From: Mobula hypostoma
Lineage: Eukaryota
Assembly (NCBI RefSeq): GCF_963921235.1
Contig: NC_086097.1
Span: 75,764,001-75,828,000 of the forward strand
Direction: 5' to 3'
DNA: 64,000 bases
In this document: piece after piece, positions 1-13,100 of the stretch
Layout: every line of letters starts with the position of its first letter
How positions within the stretch are numbered: the stretch's first letter is position 1
Notes under the pieces: generated by a model
Seen by the model: the letters and a program-made list of their open reading frames with translations, nothing else
Told to the model about the DNA's origin: nothing
Database searches by the model: none
Position numbers and translations under genes: made by a program

Positions 1-472
1 GGAGCCAAGAGCTGGACAGGTGATTGGCAAAGGGGATATGAGAGGATCATGGGACAGGAGGTCTGGGGAGAAAGACAAGGGAGGGAGGGGAAACAGAGGA
101 TGGGCCAGAGGTATAGTCAGAGGGACAGAGGGAGAAAAAGGAGAGTGAGAGAAAGAATGTGTGTATAAAAATAAATAACGGATGGGGTACGAGGGGGAGG
201 TGGGGCATTAGCGGAAGTTAGAGAAGTCAATGTTCATGCCATCAGGTTGGAGGCTACCCAGACGGAATATAAGGTGTTGTGCCTCCAACCTGAGTGTGGC
301 TTCATCTTTTACAGTAGAGGAGGCCATGGATAGACATGTCAGAATGGGAATGGGATGTGGAATTAAAATGTGTGGCCACTGGGAAATCCTGCTTTCTCTG
401 GCGGACAGAGCGTAGATGTTCAGCAAAGCGGTCTCCCAGTCTGCATCGGGTCTCGCCAATATATAGAAGGCC
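1..472 (-). mobile_element. Inverted copy of the PLE 3' region (GIY-YIG C-terminus and 3' UTR), running off the window start
   Basis: Reverse complement of ~1539-2010. Minus-strand ORFs LYIGETRCRLGDRFAEH and RLGSLQPDGMNIDFSNFR. Confidence 0.93.
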
Positions 473-571
473 TATTCTGGTATCTGTCCCCCACTTTTCC
501 TTCGCTACATCAACGACTGCATTGGCGCTGCTTCCTGCACGCATGCTGAGCTCGTTGACTTAATTATAAAT

Positions 572-2175
572 CCCTACTCTTAATAATTTCTCCTTTGGCT
601 CCTCCCACTTCCTCCAAACTAAAGGTGTAGCTATGGGCATCCGTATGGGTCCTAGCTATTCCTGCCTTTTTGTTGGCTTTGTGGAACAATCTATGTTCCG
701 TGCCTATTCTGGTATCTGTCCCCCACTTTTCCTTCGCTACATCGACGACTGCATTGGCGCTGCTTCCTGCACGCATGCTGAGCTCGTTGACTTTATTAAC
801 TTTGCCTCCAACTTTCACCCTGCCCTCATGTTTACCTGGTCCATTTCCGACACCTCCCTCCCCTTTCTAGATCTTTCAGTCTCTGTCTCTGGAGACAGCT
901 TATCCACTGATGTCTACTATAAGCCTATTGACTCTCACAGCTATCTGGACTGTTCCTCTTCTCACCCTGTCTCTTGCAAAAATGCCATCCTTTTCTCGCA
1001 ATTCCTCCATCTCCGCTGCATCTGCTCTCAGGATGAGGCTTTTCATTCCAGGACGAGGAAGATGTCCTCCTTTTTTAAAGAAAGGGGCTTCCCTTCCTCC
1101 ACTATCAACTCTGCTCTCAAACGCATCTCCCCCATTTCATGCACATCTGCTCTCACTCCATCCTCCCGCCACCCCACTAGGAATAGGGTTCCCCTGGTCC
1201 TCACCTACCACCCCACCAGCCTCCAGGTCCAACATATTATTCTCCGTAACTTCCGCCACCTCCAACAGGATCCCACCACTAAGCATATCTTTCCCTCCCC
1301 CCCCCCCTGCTTTCCGCAGGGATCGCTCCCTACATGACTCCCTTGTCCATTCGTCCCCCCCATCCCTCCCCACTGATCTCCCTCCTGGCATTTATCCTTT
1401 TAAGCGGAACAAGTGCTACACATGCCCTTACACTTCCTCCCTTACCACCATTCAGGGCCCCAGACAGTCCTTCCAGGTGAGGCGACACTTCACCTGTGAG
1501 TCGGCTGGGGTGATATACTGCGTGTGGTGCTCCCGATGTGGCCTTTTATATATTGGCGAGACCCGACGCAGACTGGGAGACCACTTTGCTGAACACCTAC
1601 GCTCTGTCCGCCAGAGAAAGCAGGATCTCCCAGTGGCCACATATTTTAATTCCACATCCCATTCCCATTCTGACATGTCTATCCATGGCCTCCTCTACTG
1701 TAAAGATGAAGCCACACTCAGGTTGGAGGAACAACACCTTGTATTCCGTCTGGGTAGCCTCCAACCTGATGGCATGAACATCGACTTCTCTATCTTCTGC
1801 TAATGCCCCACCTCCCCCTCGTACCCCATCCGTTATTTATTTCTATACACACATTCGTTCTCTCACTCTCCTTTTTCTCACTCTGTCCCTCTGACTATAC
1901 CCCTTGCCCATCCTCTGTTCCCCCCCCCCCCGTCTTTCTCCCCGGGCCTCCTGTCCCATGATCCTCTCATATCCCCTTTGCCAATCACCTGTCCAGCTCT
2001 TGGCTCCATCCCTCCCCCTCCTGTCTTCTCCTATCATTTTGGATCTTCCCCTCCCCCTCCCACTTTCAAATCTCTCACTAACTCTCCCTTCAGTTAGTCC
2101 TGACGAAGAGTCTCGGCCTGAAACGTCGACTGTACCTCTTCCTAGAGATGCTGCCTGGCCAGCTGCGTTCACCAA
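572..2175 (+). mobile_element. 5'-truncated Penelope-like retroelement, Neptune-type (RT + GIY-YIG endonuclease), one frameshift
   Basis: RT motifs GVAMG.RMGPSY and FLRYIDD (633-1337). Frameshift near the poly-C at ~1300. Cys-rich linker (F/C)KRNKCYTC, then GVIYCVWCSRC..LYIGET..R...EH (to 1803). Pyrimidine-rich 3' UTR ending in a hammerhead motif. Confidence 0.93.
2096..2131 (+). ncRNA. Minimal type I hammerhead ribozyme motif at the PLE terminus
   Basis: agtc CTGACGA agagtctcggcct GAAA CGTC gact. Both catalytic boxes, helix I agtc/gact and the palindromic ACGT helix III are present; helix II has a mismatch. Confidence 0.75.
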
Positions 2176-3407
2176 TAAATGTAACCAGATTATTTAGTAT
2201 GGTTAACGTCAGTTAATGTCAATTGCTACTAATTATATAGCATAATTTAGCAAGACTGCAAACTGATTTTGTCCAGAACTTTCTGACATTGAGACATAAT
2301 ATTTTAGAATTTGATTATTACTTATCAATTGGAGACAGATTTCTCTGAGCACCCATTTTGGAAAGGACTGTCTCTGTCAAGATGAAGTCAAATATTTTAT
2401 AGAGATTATGTATAGTGGTTGATGCTGTTCCATTCATTTTTTATGTGGTTGCCAAGCAAGGGTGTCTTTTCAACCTCCATATGGATGGAATTCAGTGTGA
2501 TTGGAGGAGCAACTTTTCAGCCACTAATGGGGGCAGAGGGGAGTGATTGAGGAGTAATCTGATGATGACTTTTACTAGAGCGATCATCAGGAAGACCCCT
2601 CTAGTTTACAAGTCAAATTAATTTCCTTTCCTAAATATAACCATGTTTATGGAACTTGAGAGACACTGGCATGTTCAGTTCTTCTGAGATGTAGAAGAAG
2701 ATTTGAAACTTTAGATATTCAAAAACAAATTAGAATTAGATTTTGGTTTATTATTGTCTTGTGTACATAAAAGCTTGTCTCGCATACTGTCCGTACAGAT
2801 CAAATAATTACACAGTGCATTGAAATAGAACAAGTTAAAACTATACTGCTGCTTTATTTTTTTTCAGTTGAGATGTTGCCTATTTGATTGTTAGGCAGAG
2901 GTGGCTTGCTCTGTGTAGGAGCTACATGTGCTGACATATGAATCAGTGTTGAGTCTTTAGAGTTCCTTTCAGCATGCACTCTGTTATAAGTTCACTTTTC
3001 CTGGGGTGAACTACTGGTGTTTGGACTGCAGATGACCTCAACACCACCGACAAATCAATACATATCATAGTTATCAGCAAATTACAAGATTTCCTTTGTC
3101 TTTTCCAACCACCAGATCTTTGTTTCTATCCTTGACCATGATTGTAGGCAAGTTGGGGCTTCCAATCCAAGAATGCTTTGCATTGCTATTAATTAATTTC
3201 TGGTTATTCTAATCAACTCTGTCATCCCATTTTTGTGAGAAGCCAAGAATCATTTAAAGATGCCAATTGTGATAGACTTCATTGCAGTCCAGACACTGTG
3301 GAAACTTTTCAGCTGCTATTGCTTGGGAGCCACCAATTTGTTATGAGGCTCTGTCTGAGAAGAGCTAACTTTGAAGGGTCCCTTATCTTCAGCATTCATT
3401 TTCTTGG

Positions 3408-4128
3408 TAATATGAGGGAACACAGACCAATCCTCATAGAAGGATCAGAAGTGGGGAGAGTGAACATTTTCAAGTTCCTGGGTGTCAAGATCTCTGAGGA
3501 TCTAACCTGGTCTCAACATATCAATGCAACTATAAAGAAGGCAAGTTAGCAGCTGTATTTCATTAGGAGTTTGAGGAGATTTAGTTTGTCTCCTAAAACA
3601 CTCAAAAACTTCTACAGATGTACAGTGGAGAGCATTCTGGCAGGCTGCATCACTGTCTGGTATGAGGTGGGGGCTGCTGCATAGCATTGAAAGAAACTAC
3701 AGGAAGTTGTAAAGTTAGTCAGCTCCATCTTGGGTACTAGCCTCTATAGCATCCAAGAAATCTTCAAGCAATGGTGCCTCAGAAAGGTGGTGTCCATTAT
3801 TAAGGACCCTCACCACCCAGGACATGCCCTCTTCTCATTGTTACCATCCGGAAGGAGGTACAGAAGCCTGAAGGCACATACTCAGTTATTCAGGATATAA
3901 CCTCTGCCATCCGATTCCTAAATAGACGTTGAACCCTTGAACACTACCTCAGTTTTTTCAGATAATTTCTGTTTTTGCATTATTTTTAATTTAACTATTT
4001 ATTAGACATATATGTGTACTGTAATTTGTTTACTTATTTTTTCTATATCATCATGTATTGCATTGTACTGCTGCTGCTAAGTTAAGAAATTTCATGACAT
4101 ATGCTGGTGATATTAAACCTGATTCTGA
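3408..4128 (+). mobile_element. Rex1/Babar-type LINE 3' fragment
   Basis: Degenerate RT C-terminus (FKFLGVKISEDLTWSQHI) and tail attaaacctgattctga. Confidence 0.8.
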
Positions 4129-4547
4129 AATAGGTGCACAAACACAATTTCAGTGCAAATGTTGTCAAGGCTGCTTGATCACATCAGTGTTTCCCTTGAT
4201 ATTTCTTGTAATCTTCCACCTCATGGCTAATGAGCTTCTGACTGCAATGGAATGAATCTACAGGATAAATAAAACAAAAATTGATCCAGCCACAGTAGCA
4301 TTTTTCTGGAATAAAGCTCATCCAACTGTGGACATTGATCTACAGAGCACAGACAGTACTTAATTGCATATTGGGGTGGCTCCACGTCAGCATCAGCTCA
4401 TTGTTTGGACTGTGGGAGAGAATGGGCCTTGCACTTCCAAAACAATTCTCTTCAGTCTCCCCCATTATCCATGACAAACCATCCACAATAAGAGCATGGA
4501 GAATGTGGATCTTCCCCACAACGCAGAATTCACAGGATTGTTTACAT

Positions 4548-4852
4548 TAGTGGGAGAGTCTAGGACAAGAGGGCACAGCCTCAGAATAAAACGACATCCC
4601 TTCAGAACAGAGATGAAGGGGAATTTCTTTAACTAGAGGGTGTTGAATCTGTGGAATTTATTGCCACAGATGGCAATGGAGGTCAAGTTATTGGGTATGT
4701 TTAAAGAGGAGGTGATTGGTGCTTCATTAGTGATGGGTGTCAAAGATTACAAGGAGGTGGCAGGAGACTGGGAGGAAATTAGCCATAATCGAATGTCAGT
4801 GCAGACTTGATGGGCTGAATAGCCCAATTCTGCTCCTTTGTTTTATGGTCTT
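4548..4852 (+). mobile_element. CR1 LINE 3' fragment
   Basis: Similar to the 3' ends of the CR1 copies at 13320-13640 and 55752-56060. Confidence 0.75.
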
Positions 4853-5049
4853 AATGTTTATTTTTGATATGTGAACTACCTATGGCAAGTATCTCGAAGT
4901 ACTGGAGAGATGTTATCAATATTTCCCTCGAAATTCTCCAAATTTACTTGCAGGCTAAGTGAATCAATGTCAGAAACACAGCTCAATCCCCCAGTACTAA
5001 AACTGTATCAGCTCTTGTGCACTCTGAGCAGACACCCAATTGGTATGAC

Positions 5050-5478
5050 CAGACATCCCACCCTGCAAAAACTCATTTCAGGGAGGTAGCACCATCAATT
5101 TGCGGGAGACTCCCGGAACTTCCGGGAGAGGTGGGATGTTTGCAATAGAGTAGCACCTTAGCAGCTAGCCAGCAAGTTTAATTAATGTTAGTTATGCTAA
5201 TGAACGAATGACACCTGTTAAACTCACCTCAACATGTCTTTTACAGTCTTAACCCACCATGAGCAATAGAAAAGTCACTGTTGCAAACAGCGCAGCGAGC
5301 AACACTGTCATTATTTTTGACCCCTATTAGGCGTTTTCTCTTGCTTTCTCTCGCTCGCTCACTCTCAAAAAAATTGATTTCCGTGATATTGTATATAATT
5401 TGCAGGCATCAGGGAGCCACTATTAATATGCGAATATGCGGGAGACTCCCGGAACTTCCAGGAGAGGTGGGATGTCTG
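5050..5478. mobile_element. Non-autonomous DNA transposon (MITE) with 13-bp TIRs
   Basis: CAGACATCCCACC ... GGTGGGATGTCTG, with TATGAC on both flanks. The 42-bp right end also occurs at 5101-5142. Confidence 0.8.
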
Positions 5479-6405
5479 TATGACTATCACCAACTCTTGA
5501 AACAGATGCACTCTTCGAAGCTATGGTACAGCAAGACATTGATGTAATCAAAGAATGCTCGTCAAGGATGTTCTTAACAATTACTTGAGAAATGTGTTAC
5601 ATTTACCCCACCTCCACTCCCCCCATTGAGAATCCCAAGTCCATGCCAATTTAAACTAGAGAAGGATCATTTGGTTATGGCATTTAAAAACCTCAAGTAA
5701 CTTTGTTGGCAATATGCAAGAAGTAGCATAAAGGAACATACCAACCCTTCCAAAAAAAACCTACATATTTGTTGCAGAGCTCACAAGAAGGAAAGGAGTG
5801 GCCCATTATGTGAATGTTTTTTATTTCCACTCCCACAATTTTACATTCATTGCTCTGAAGTAAAATAGCAGTATACCACTAAATAGTCAGAAGTGTTTGA
5901 CATGTTCTTTTGAAAGATAGACTGAAGGCCAACTGTCTCAAGAAAATCAGCGTTAAGAGATTGAACTGCAAAATTTAATTGCTCAATTTGTTTAGATGGT
6001 TCCAAATAAAACCAACAGCTTATTATAGTGCCTTGAAATGTAGCATTGCAAAATTGGATTAAATCAAATCAAGTAAAAATCAGTCTCCAGCCAGAGGAGG
6101 AAATATGAGAAATAATTGGAAGCTCCATAAAGTGACAGTTTTTTAGGAACTCCTTAAAGTAAGAGTGCTTTTATTTGTGGAGTCGTATGGATTGAGGATA
6201 AAGAGAAGAATTTGAAATGCAGTGCCAAGACGGTTGAGAATATGTTGCCACGTTTAAGTGCTGGGGATTTAATGTGTACTTTTTAATCAATTGTAGTCAA
6301 ATATAATGAAATTATTGAGTGTACTTATTGCACTGAGTTGAATATCTGTAAACATGATTAATACATGTATTTAAAGTTCATTTTGAATCTTTTTAAACTT
6401 TGCAG

Positions 6406-6574
6406 GTGGTTTTGGAATGTGCCTTGAAGAAGGATCTAGTTTACAACAAAGTAACTCCAATATTTCACCACTGGAAGATAAATGAAAAGAAGTTTGGACT
6501 TACCTTTCAGAGTCCTGCTGATGCTAGAGCATTTGACCGTGGTATTCGGCGAGCTACTGAAGCTATCTCAGAAG
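6406..6574 (+). CDS. SPRED1: SPRED1 coding exon (equivalent to human exon 3), C-terminal half of the EVH1 domain
   Basis: Acceptor ttgcag|GTG, donor GAAG|gtatta, 169 nt. Translates [56 protein letters not shown], close to human SPRED1 EVH1 including GLTFQSP. Earlier exons lie upstream of the window. Confidence 0.97.
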
Positions 6575-7405
6575 GTATTAAAAGAAATATTTCAGGCAAT
6601 TACCTTGCAGAAAATTATGTAAAAGCCCCAATCTACTTTACAGTGCATCTTTCAGACACTTAAATGAGTGGGAGAAGGAACAAAAATGATGGTTTGCTTT
6701 TAAAATACGTTGTACCACTTTCCACAGAATCAGCTTTGGAATCTGAACTTGAGACTATGCCTTTTGCAGTGTTAACTGTACTACTGCACAATGAGTCAGG
6801 TTGAAGGGAAGGGCAAAAGTAGGAGAGACTTTTTGTCCAGATCTCTTTAGGACATTGCTTATCTTGTTTGCAAAGATTGATTTAAAAAATTTCATTTAAT
6901 ACCCATAGCCATAAGTTTGAATCCATGTGGATGAAACAATCCCATAAAATTTATAATTCTGTGTACCTGACAAGGCAAGTAAAAGAAGACTGCTGAGTTG
7001 TCCAGTATTTGGTAGACAAAATTTGTAAGCTTGGTAGCTCACAAAACAAAATAAATTATATTTGCAAATGCTTCTGAAAGCAGTACCAAACCTGAAGATG
7101 CAGAAAGATTTTTCAGAGACAAATTTTCTTTCCGGTGCCTTTTGTGCAAAAAAAAAGAGCCTGCTTTGATGTTCCCAACATTTGGAAGAAGATGCATTAG
7201 CCAACTGAATGTGACGATTAATGATAACAAAAATGCACCTCTTCTGTTTTAAGTGTTGTGATATTCCTAGTCACAACTTTGTTTTTACAGTTTCTCTTTG
7301 GATGTTGGAAAACAAAGGATATTCTTGCCCTTTTATACAGACTGTAATTAGTTAACTAAAATTTGAACAGAGCAAAAACACACACAATGTGCTAGAGTAA
7401 GTCCA

Positions 7406-7770
7406 GTTGGTACAATAGCATAGCAACTAGTGTAATGCTTTACGGTGGCATCTGTAAAATCAGGGTTCAATTCCGCTGTTGTCTCTAAGGAGTTTGTGTG
7501 TTCTCCCCATAATCACGTGGGTTTCCTCCGGGTGCTCCAGTTTCCTTCTACCATAATCACGTGGGTTTCCTTTGGGTGCTCCAGTTTCCTTCGATATTCC
7601 AAACATGTATGGGTTTGAGTTAATGAATTGTGGGCGTGCTGTGTTGGTATTGGAAGTGTGGTGGCATTTGTGAGCTGCTCAGTACAATCCTTGCTGTTTG
7701 ATTATATGCAGCCGACTCATTTCACTGTACGTTTTGGTGTACATGTGACAAAGCTTATCGTTAATCTATA
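7406..7770 (+). mobile_element. tRNA-derived V-SINE (HE1-like) with an internal ~44-bp tandem duplication
   Basis: B-box-like gggttcaattcc. The V-domain segment cgtgggtttcctccgggtgctccagtttcct is repeated at ~7507-7548 and ~7551-7592. Confidence 0.75.
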
Positions 7771-8261
7771 AAATTCTTAAGCCAGGCAGCATCAATAGAG
7801 GCCAATAAGCCATCAATGTCAGTCCTGATGGATGGTCTCAGCCTTAAGTATTGACTGTTTATTTCCCTCCATAGAAACTGCTTGACCTGTTGTGTTCCTC
7901 CAGCATTTTGTATGTGTTGCCCAAAATTTCCAGCATCTGAAGAATCTTTTGTGTTAAAAATTTTCATAAATTGTCATCAGAAATGACTTAAAAGAATTGG
8001 AAAATTAAGGTATATGTAAGTAATTGTGCTCCAAAGAAATATCTTGAAATTTTTTGCTGCCTTTGACACTAGATAAATAATTGAGAGCTTTATAAAGAGC
8101 AGCAATGTTACAGGCAGAAGTTATGTTTATTCTAACTAATTTGGAATAGATGAGTAGATAGAGAGGAAATATACCAAGGGGATGAAAAGCAAGAAGAGAA
8201 AAATTTAGAAGAAAAAAATCTGAGCTGAATAAGTGAAATTAGATTGATAGTAAATGCAGCA

Positions 8262-9845
8262 GTCCCTTCTTTCTTGACAAAATAACCAACCAATCCTCCT
8301 CCACCACTACCCTCCTCTTACTGGTAGAACTTGTCTTCACCCTCAACAATTTTTCTTTCGGCACCTCCAACTTTCTCCAAACTCAGGGGGTAGCCTTGGG
8401 CACTTGTACGGGCCCCAGCTATGCCTACCTCTTCATTTGCTGTGTGGAATAGTCCATGTTCGAAGTCTTCCCCGGTTATACTCCCCAACACTTTCTCCGC
8501 TACATTGACAGCTGTATTGGTGCTGCTTCATGAACCTATGCTGAGCTCATCAATTTCCTCTCTAACTTCCACCCTGCCCCTAAATTTAGTTGGTCCATCT
8601 CTGACACCTTCCTTCCCTTTCTCGATCTCCCTGTCTCCATCTCTGGAGGCAAACTGTCAACTGACATCTTTTATAAACCTACTAATTTCCACCATAATCT
8701 TGACTATACCTCTTCCCATCCTATCACCTATAAAAATGCTGTTCCCTTTTCTCAGTTTCATTGCCTCCACTGTATCTTTCCATTCCAGGATTTCAGAGAT
8801 GTCCCCCTCCTTTAAAGAACTGAGTTTCCCTCCCTCTACTATTGATGCTGCTCTCAGCCACTTCTCCATTTTCCATACATCTGCATTCACCCCATCTTCC
8901 TACCCACCCTAACAGTGATAGAGTTCCTCTTGTCCTTACCTATCACCCCATCCACATCCAGCACATTATCCTCTGCAACTTCCACTGTCTCCGTTGAAAT
9001 CCTACCACTAAACATATCTTTACTTCCCACACTGTCCAATTTCTGCAAGGATCGCTCTCTCCACGATTTTCTTGGCCATTCGACCCTCCCCACTAATCTT
9101 CTTTCAGGTACTTACCCCTGCAAGCGGCTTAAGTATTACACCTGCCCATACAGCTCTTCCCTCACCTACATTCAGGGCCCAAGCAGTCTTTCCGGGTAAG
9201 GCAACACTTGTGAATCTGCTGGGGTCGTCTAATGTGTCCGGTGCTCCTGATGTGCCCTCCTTTACCTTGGTGAGACCGTCATAACTTGGGGGACCATTTT
9301 GTTTAGCACCTCTACACCATTTGCTGCAAGCAGAACTTCCCATTCCCATTCCTGTTTTGATGTATCAGTCCACGGCCTCCTCTTGTGCCAAGATGAGGCC
9401 AGAGGAGCAACACCTTAAATTCCGACTGGGTACAGTCCAACCTGATGGCATGATTATTGTTTTCTCCTACCAGTAAACAATACCCCACCTCCTTCCTCTA
9501 TTCCCAACTCTGATCTTTTCTTTCTTCTCACCTGCCTATTACTTCCCCCAGGGTACCCTCCTCCTATGGTCTACTCTCTTCTCCTATCAGATTCCTTCTT
9601 CTCCAGCCCTTGATCTTTCCCATCCATCTGGCTTCACCTATCACCTTTCAGCTAGCCTCTTCCCCCTCCCCCCACCTTTTAATTCTGGGTTCTTCCCCTT
9701 CCTTCTCAGCCCTGAAGAAGGGTCTCGGCCCGAAACGTCAACTCTCTCTTAATTTCCCTAGATGCTGCCTGACGTGCTGAGTTCCTCCTGCATTTTGTGT
9801 GGGTTGCTTTGGATTTCCAGCATCTGCAGACTTTCTCTTGTTTAT
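8262..9845 (+). mobile_element. Older degenerate PLE copy with a terminal hammerhead motif (9708-9743)
   Basis: Colinear with 572-2175 (GTYPCKRLKYYTCPY). CTGAAGA agggtctcggccc GAAACGTC, but helix I is disrupted. Confidence 0.85.
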
Positions 9846-10151
9846 CCCGTAATTCTTTACTGTTTTTGTAATATTTTCTCTCCCATTAAATTAAACCCAT
9901 TTCCAGGGGTTTGTTTTACTTATTAAGTTATGAGATCTTTAGAATTTATAATAGTGTGTTTTATATGCTGGAGTTCTAAACTTGGGCTGGAGTTTCAATT
10001 ACTGGGCCAGTGTTTGAAAACAGCAATTGGAGTGCTCTGGCTGGAGAATTTGGGCATGGTATAAGCAATGAGAACAGCTGATTCTCATAGGAAAGGAGAT
10101 TTTTGTTTTCTAAAGAGACCACGAACATACTGTGAAGCAGTAACAAACATT

Positions 10152-13100
10152 TTCAGAATCAGAATTACTTCATTGCCAGTATGTGAAACATACCAGAATT
10201 GATTGTGGTGCAGTGCAAAGCATAAAACACAGGACAATACCGTAACAGACAACACAAAAGCAACCAACAATTTACAGGACAATAGTGTAAACAGCCATGA
10301 GCAATCAACAACTAGTAGAACAGTCACATACGCAAATGTCAATAATCAAACATATGGACAGACTCAATAATAATCAACAGAACAAGGAGAGCAGGAAAGA
10401 CCGTTTAACGTATGTTGTGCAAAGACAGGATATTATATGAGTGAGTTTGTTGAGAACCTGGATAGCTACAAGCAAGAATTTTCAGAGATGATGTGTAGCC
10501 CTGGTGGTGATGGATTTGTAATGTCTGCCTGATGGAAATTTACTACGGTGAGTGGAGTCAGCAGTACTTTTTTTTTCAGCTCTTTTCTTCGCTTTGGCGA
10601 CAAACAGGTCTTTTATTGTTGGCAGAAATCATTCCTCATTTGCACTATCTTGATAGCATTAAGCTCCAAGTTGTTACGAGCACACCATGCTGCAAGACGG
10701 TATACCTCCTCTCTTTGGGAGCAGGTTACATCATTATTAGAGTTGAGGTTCACTGCAGTCGTGTCGTCCGTGAACTTTAGGATTTGTGTGTGGAGATACA
10801 GTCGTTTGTATAAAGTGAGAACAGGAGGGGTGAAAGAGCACAGCCCAGGGGAGAACCAGTGCTTATAGACACTGGATTGGTCACGTAGGAGCCCAGCCTT
10901 ACATACTGCTGTCAGGAGGTTCGTAATCTACTGATAGATACTGTAGATTACAAATGGCTGGCTTAGCTTGCTTAGTGTTGAAAGTGGAGCTAAAATCCAC
11001 AAGCAAGATCCTCACATAGGTGTTAGGGGAATCATTATGCATAACACTAAGGGGCAGAAAACGCTGGTGGGAGTTGTGTACAGGCCACCTAACAGTAGTA
11101 GTGAGGTTGGGGATGGTATTAAACAGGAAATTAGAGATGCGTGCAATAAAGGAACAGCAGTTATAATGGGTGACTTCAATCTACATATAGATTGGGTGAA
11201 CCAAATTGGTAAGGGTGCTGAGGAAGAGGATTTCTTGGAATGTATGCAGGATGGTTTTTTGAACCAACATGTCGAAGAACCAACTAGAGAGCAGGCTATT
11301 CTAGACTGGGTATTGAGCAATGAGGAAGGGATAATTAGCAATCTTGTCGTGAGAGGCCCCTTGGGTAAGAGTGACCATAATATGGTGGAATTCTTCATTA
11401 AGATGGGGAGTGACATAGTTAATTCAGAAACAAAGGTTCTGAACTTAAAGAAGGGTAACTTTGAAGGTATGAGACGTGAATTAGCTAAGATAGACTGGCA
11501 AATGACACTTAAAGGGTTGACGGTGGATATGCAATGGCAAGCATTTAAAGATCGCATGGATGAACTACAACAATTGTTCATCCCAGTTTGGCAAAAGAAT
11601 AAATCAGGGAAGGTAGTGCACCCATGGCTGACAAGGGAAATTAGGGATAGTATCAATTCCAAAGAAGAAGCATACAAATTAGCCAGAAAAAGTGGCTCAC
11701 CGGAGGACTGGGAGAAATTCAGAGTCCAGCAGAGGAGGGCAAACGGCTTAATTAGGAAAGGGAAAAAAGGTTATGAGAAAAAACTGGCAGGGAACATAAA
11801 AACTGACTGTAAAAGCTTTTATAGATATGTGAAAAGATAAAGATTGGTTAAGACAAATGTAGGTCCCCTACAGACAGAAACAGGTGAATTGATTATGGGG
11901 AGCAAGGACTGGCAAACCAATTGAATAACTACTTTGGTTCTGTCTTCACTAAGGAGGACATAAATAATCTTCCGGAAATAGTAGGGGACAGAGGGTCCAG
12001 TGAGATGGAGGAACTGAATGAAATACATGTTAGTAGGGAAGTGGTGTTTGGTAAATTGAAGGGATTAAAGGCAGATAAATCCCCAGGGCCAGATGGTCTG
12101 CATCCCAGAGTGCTTAAGGAAGTAGCCCAAGAAATAGTGGATGCATTAGTGATAATTTTTCAAAACTCTTTAGGTTCTGGACTAGTTCCTGAGGATTGGA
12201 GGGTGGCTAATATAACCCCACTTTTTAAAAAAGGAGGGAGAGAGAAACCGGGGAATTATAGACTGGTTAGCCTAACATCGGTGGTGGGGAAAATGCTAGA
12301 GTCAGTTATCAAAGATGTGATAACAGCACATTTGGAAAGCTGTGAAATCATCCGACAAAGTCAGCATGGATTTGTGAAAGTAAAATCATGTCTGACGAAT
12401 CTCATAGAATTTTTTGAGGATGTAACTAGTAGAGTGGATAGGGGAGAACCAGTGGATGTGGTATATTTGGATTTTCAAAAGGCTTTTGACAAGGTCCCAC
12501 ACAGGAGATTAGTGTGCAAACTTAAAGCACATGGTATTGGGGGTAAGGTATTGATGTTGATAGAGAATTGGTTGGCAGACAGGAAGCAAAGAGTGGGAAT
12601 AAACAGGACCTTTTCAGAATGGCAGGCAGTGACTAGTGGGGTACCGCAAGGCTCAGTGCTGGGACCCCAGTTGTTTACAATATATATTAATGACTTAGAT
12701 GAGGGAATTAAATGCGGCATCTCCAAGTTTGCGGATGACACGAAGCTGGGCGGCAGTGTTAGCTGTGAGGAGGATGCTAAGGATAGGTTAGGTGAGTGGG
12801 CGAATTCGTGGCAGATGCAATTTAGTGTGGATAAATGTGAGGTTATCCACTTTGGTGGCAAAAACAGGAAAACAGATTATTATCTGAATGGTGGCTGATT
12901 AGGAAAAGGGGAGGTGCAACGAGACCTGGGTGTCATTATACACCAGTCATTGAAAGTGGGCATGCAGGTACAGCAGGTGGTGAAAAAGGCGAATGCTATG
13001 CTGGCATTCATAGCAAGAGGATTCGAGTACAGGAGCAGGGAGGTACTACTGCAGTTGTACAAGGCCTTGGTGAGACCACACCTAGAGTATTGTGTGCAGT

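Noticed and set aside
6575-6663. ORF-track extensions beyond exon ends (also 56895-56977 and 63091-63177)
   Set aside because: Read-through into introns. Homology stops at canonical GT donors whose phases match the next exon.
7406-7480. tRNA gene
   Set aside because: Degenerate tRNA-derived SINE head followed by a V-domain; no full cloverleaf.
7507-7592. Direct repeats here and at 38435-38586 as a CRISPR-like array
   Set aside because: Only about two units, no unique spacers, inside eukaryotic retroposons.
10968-11036. N-terminus MLSVESGAKIHKQDPHIGVRGII of the 290-aa ORF as a novel fusion protein
   Set aside because: It is the antisense of an old Rex/Babar RT that happens to be in frame with the truncated CR1 endonuclease. 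There is no real start or promoter.
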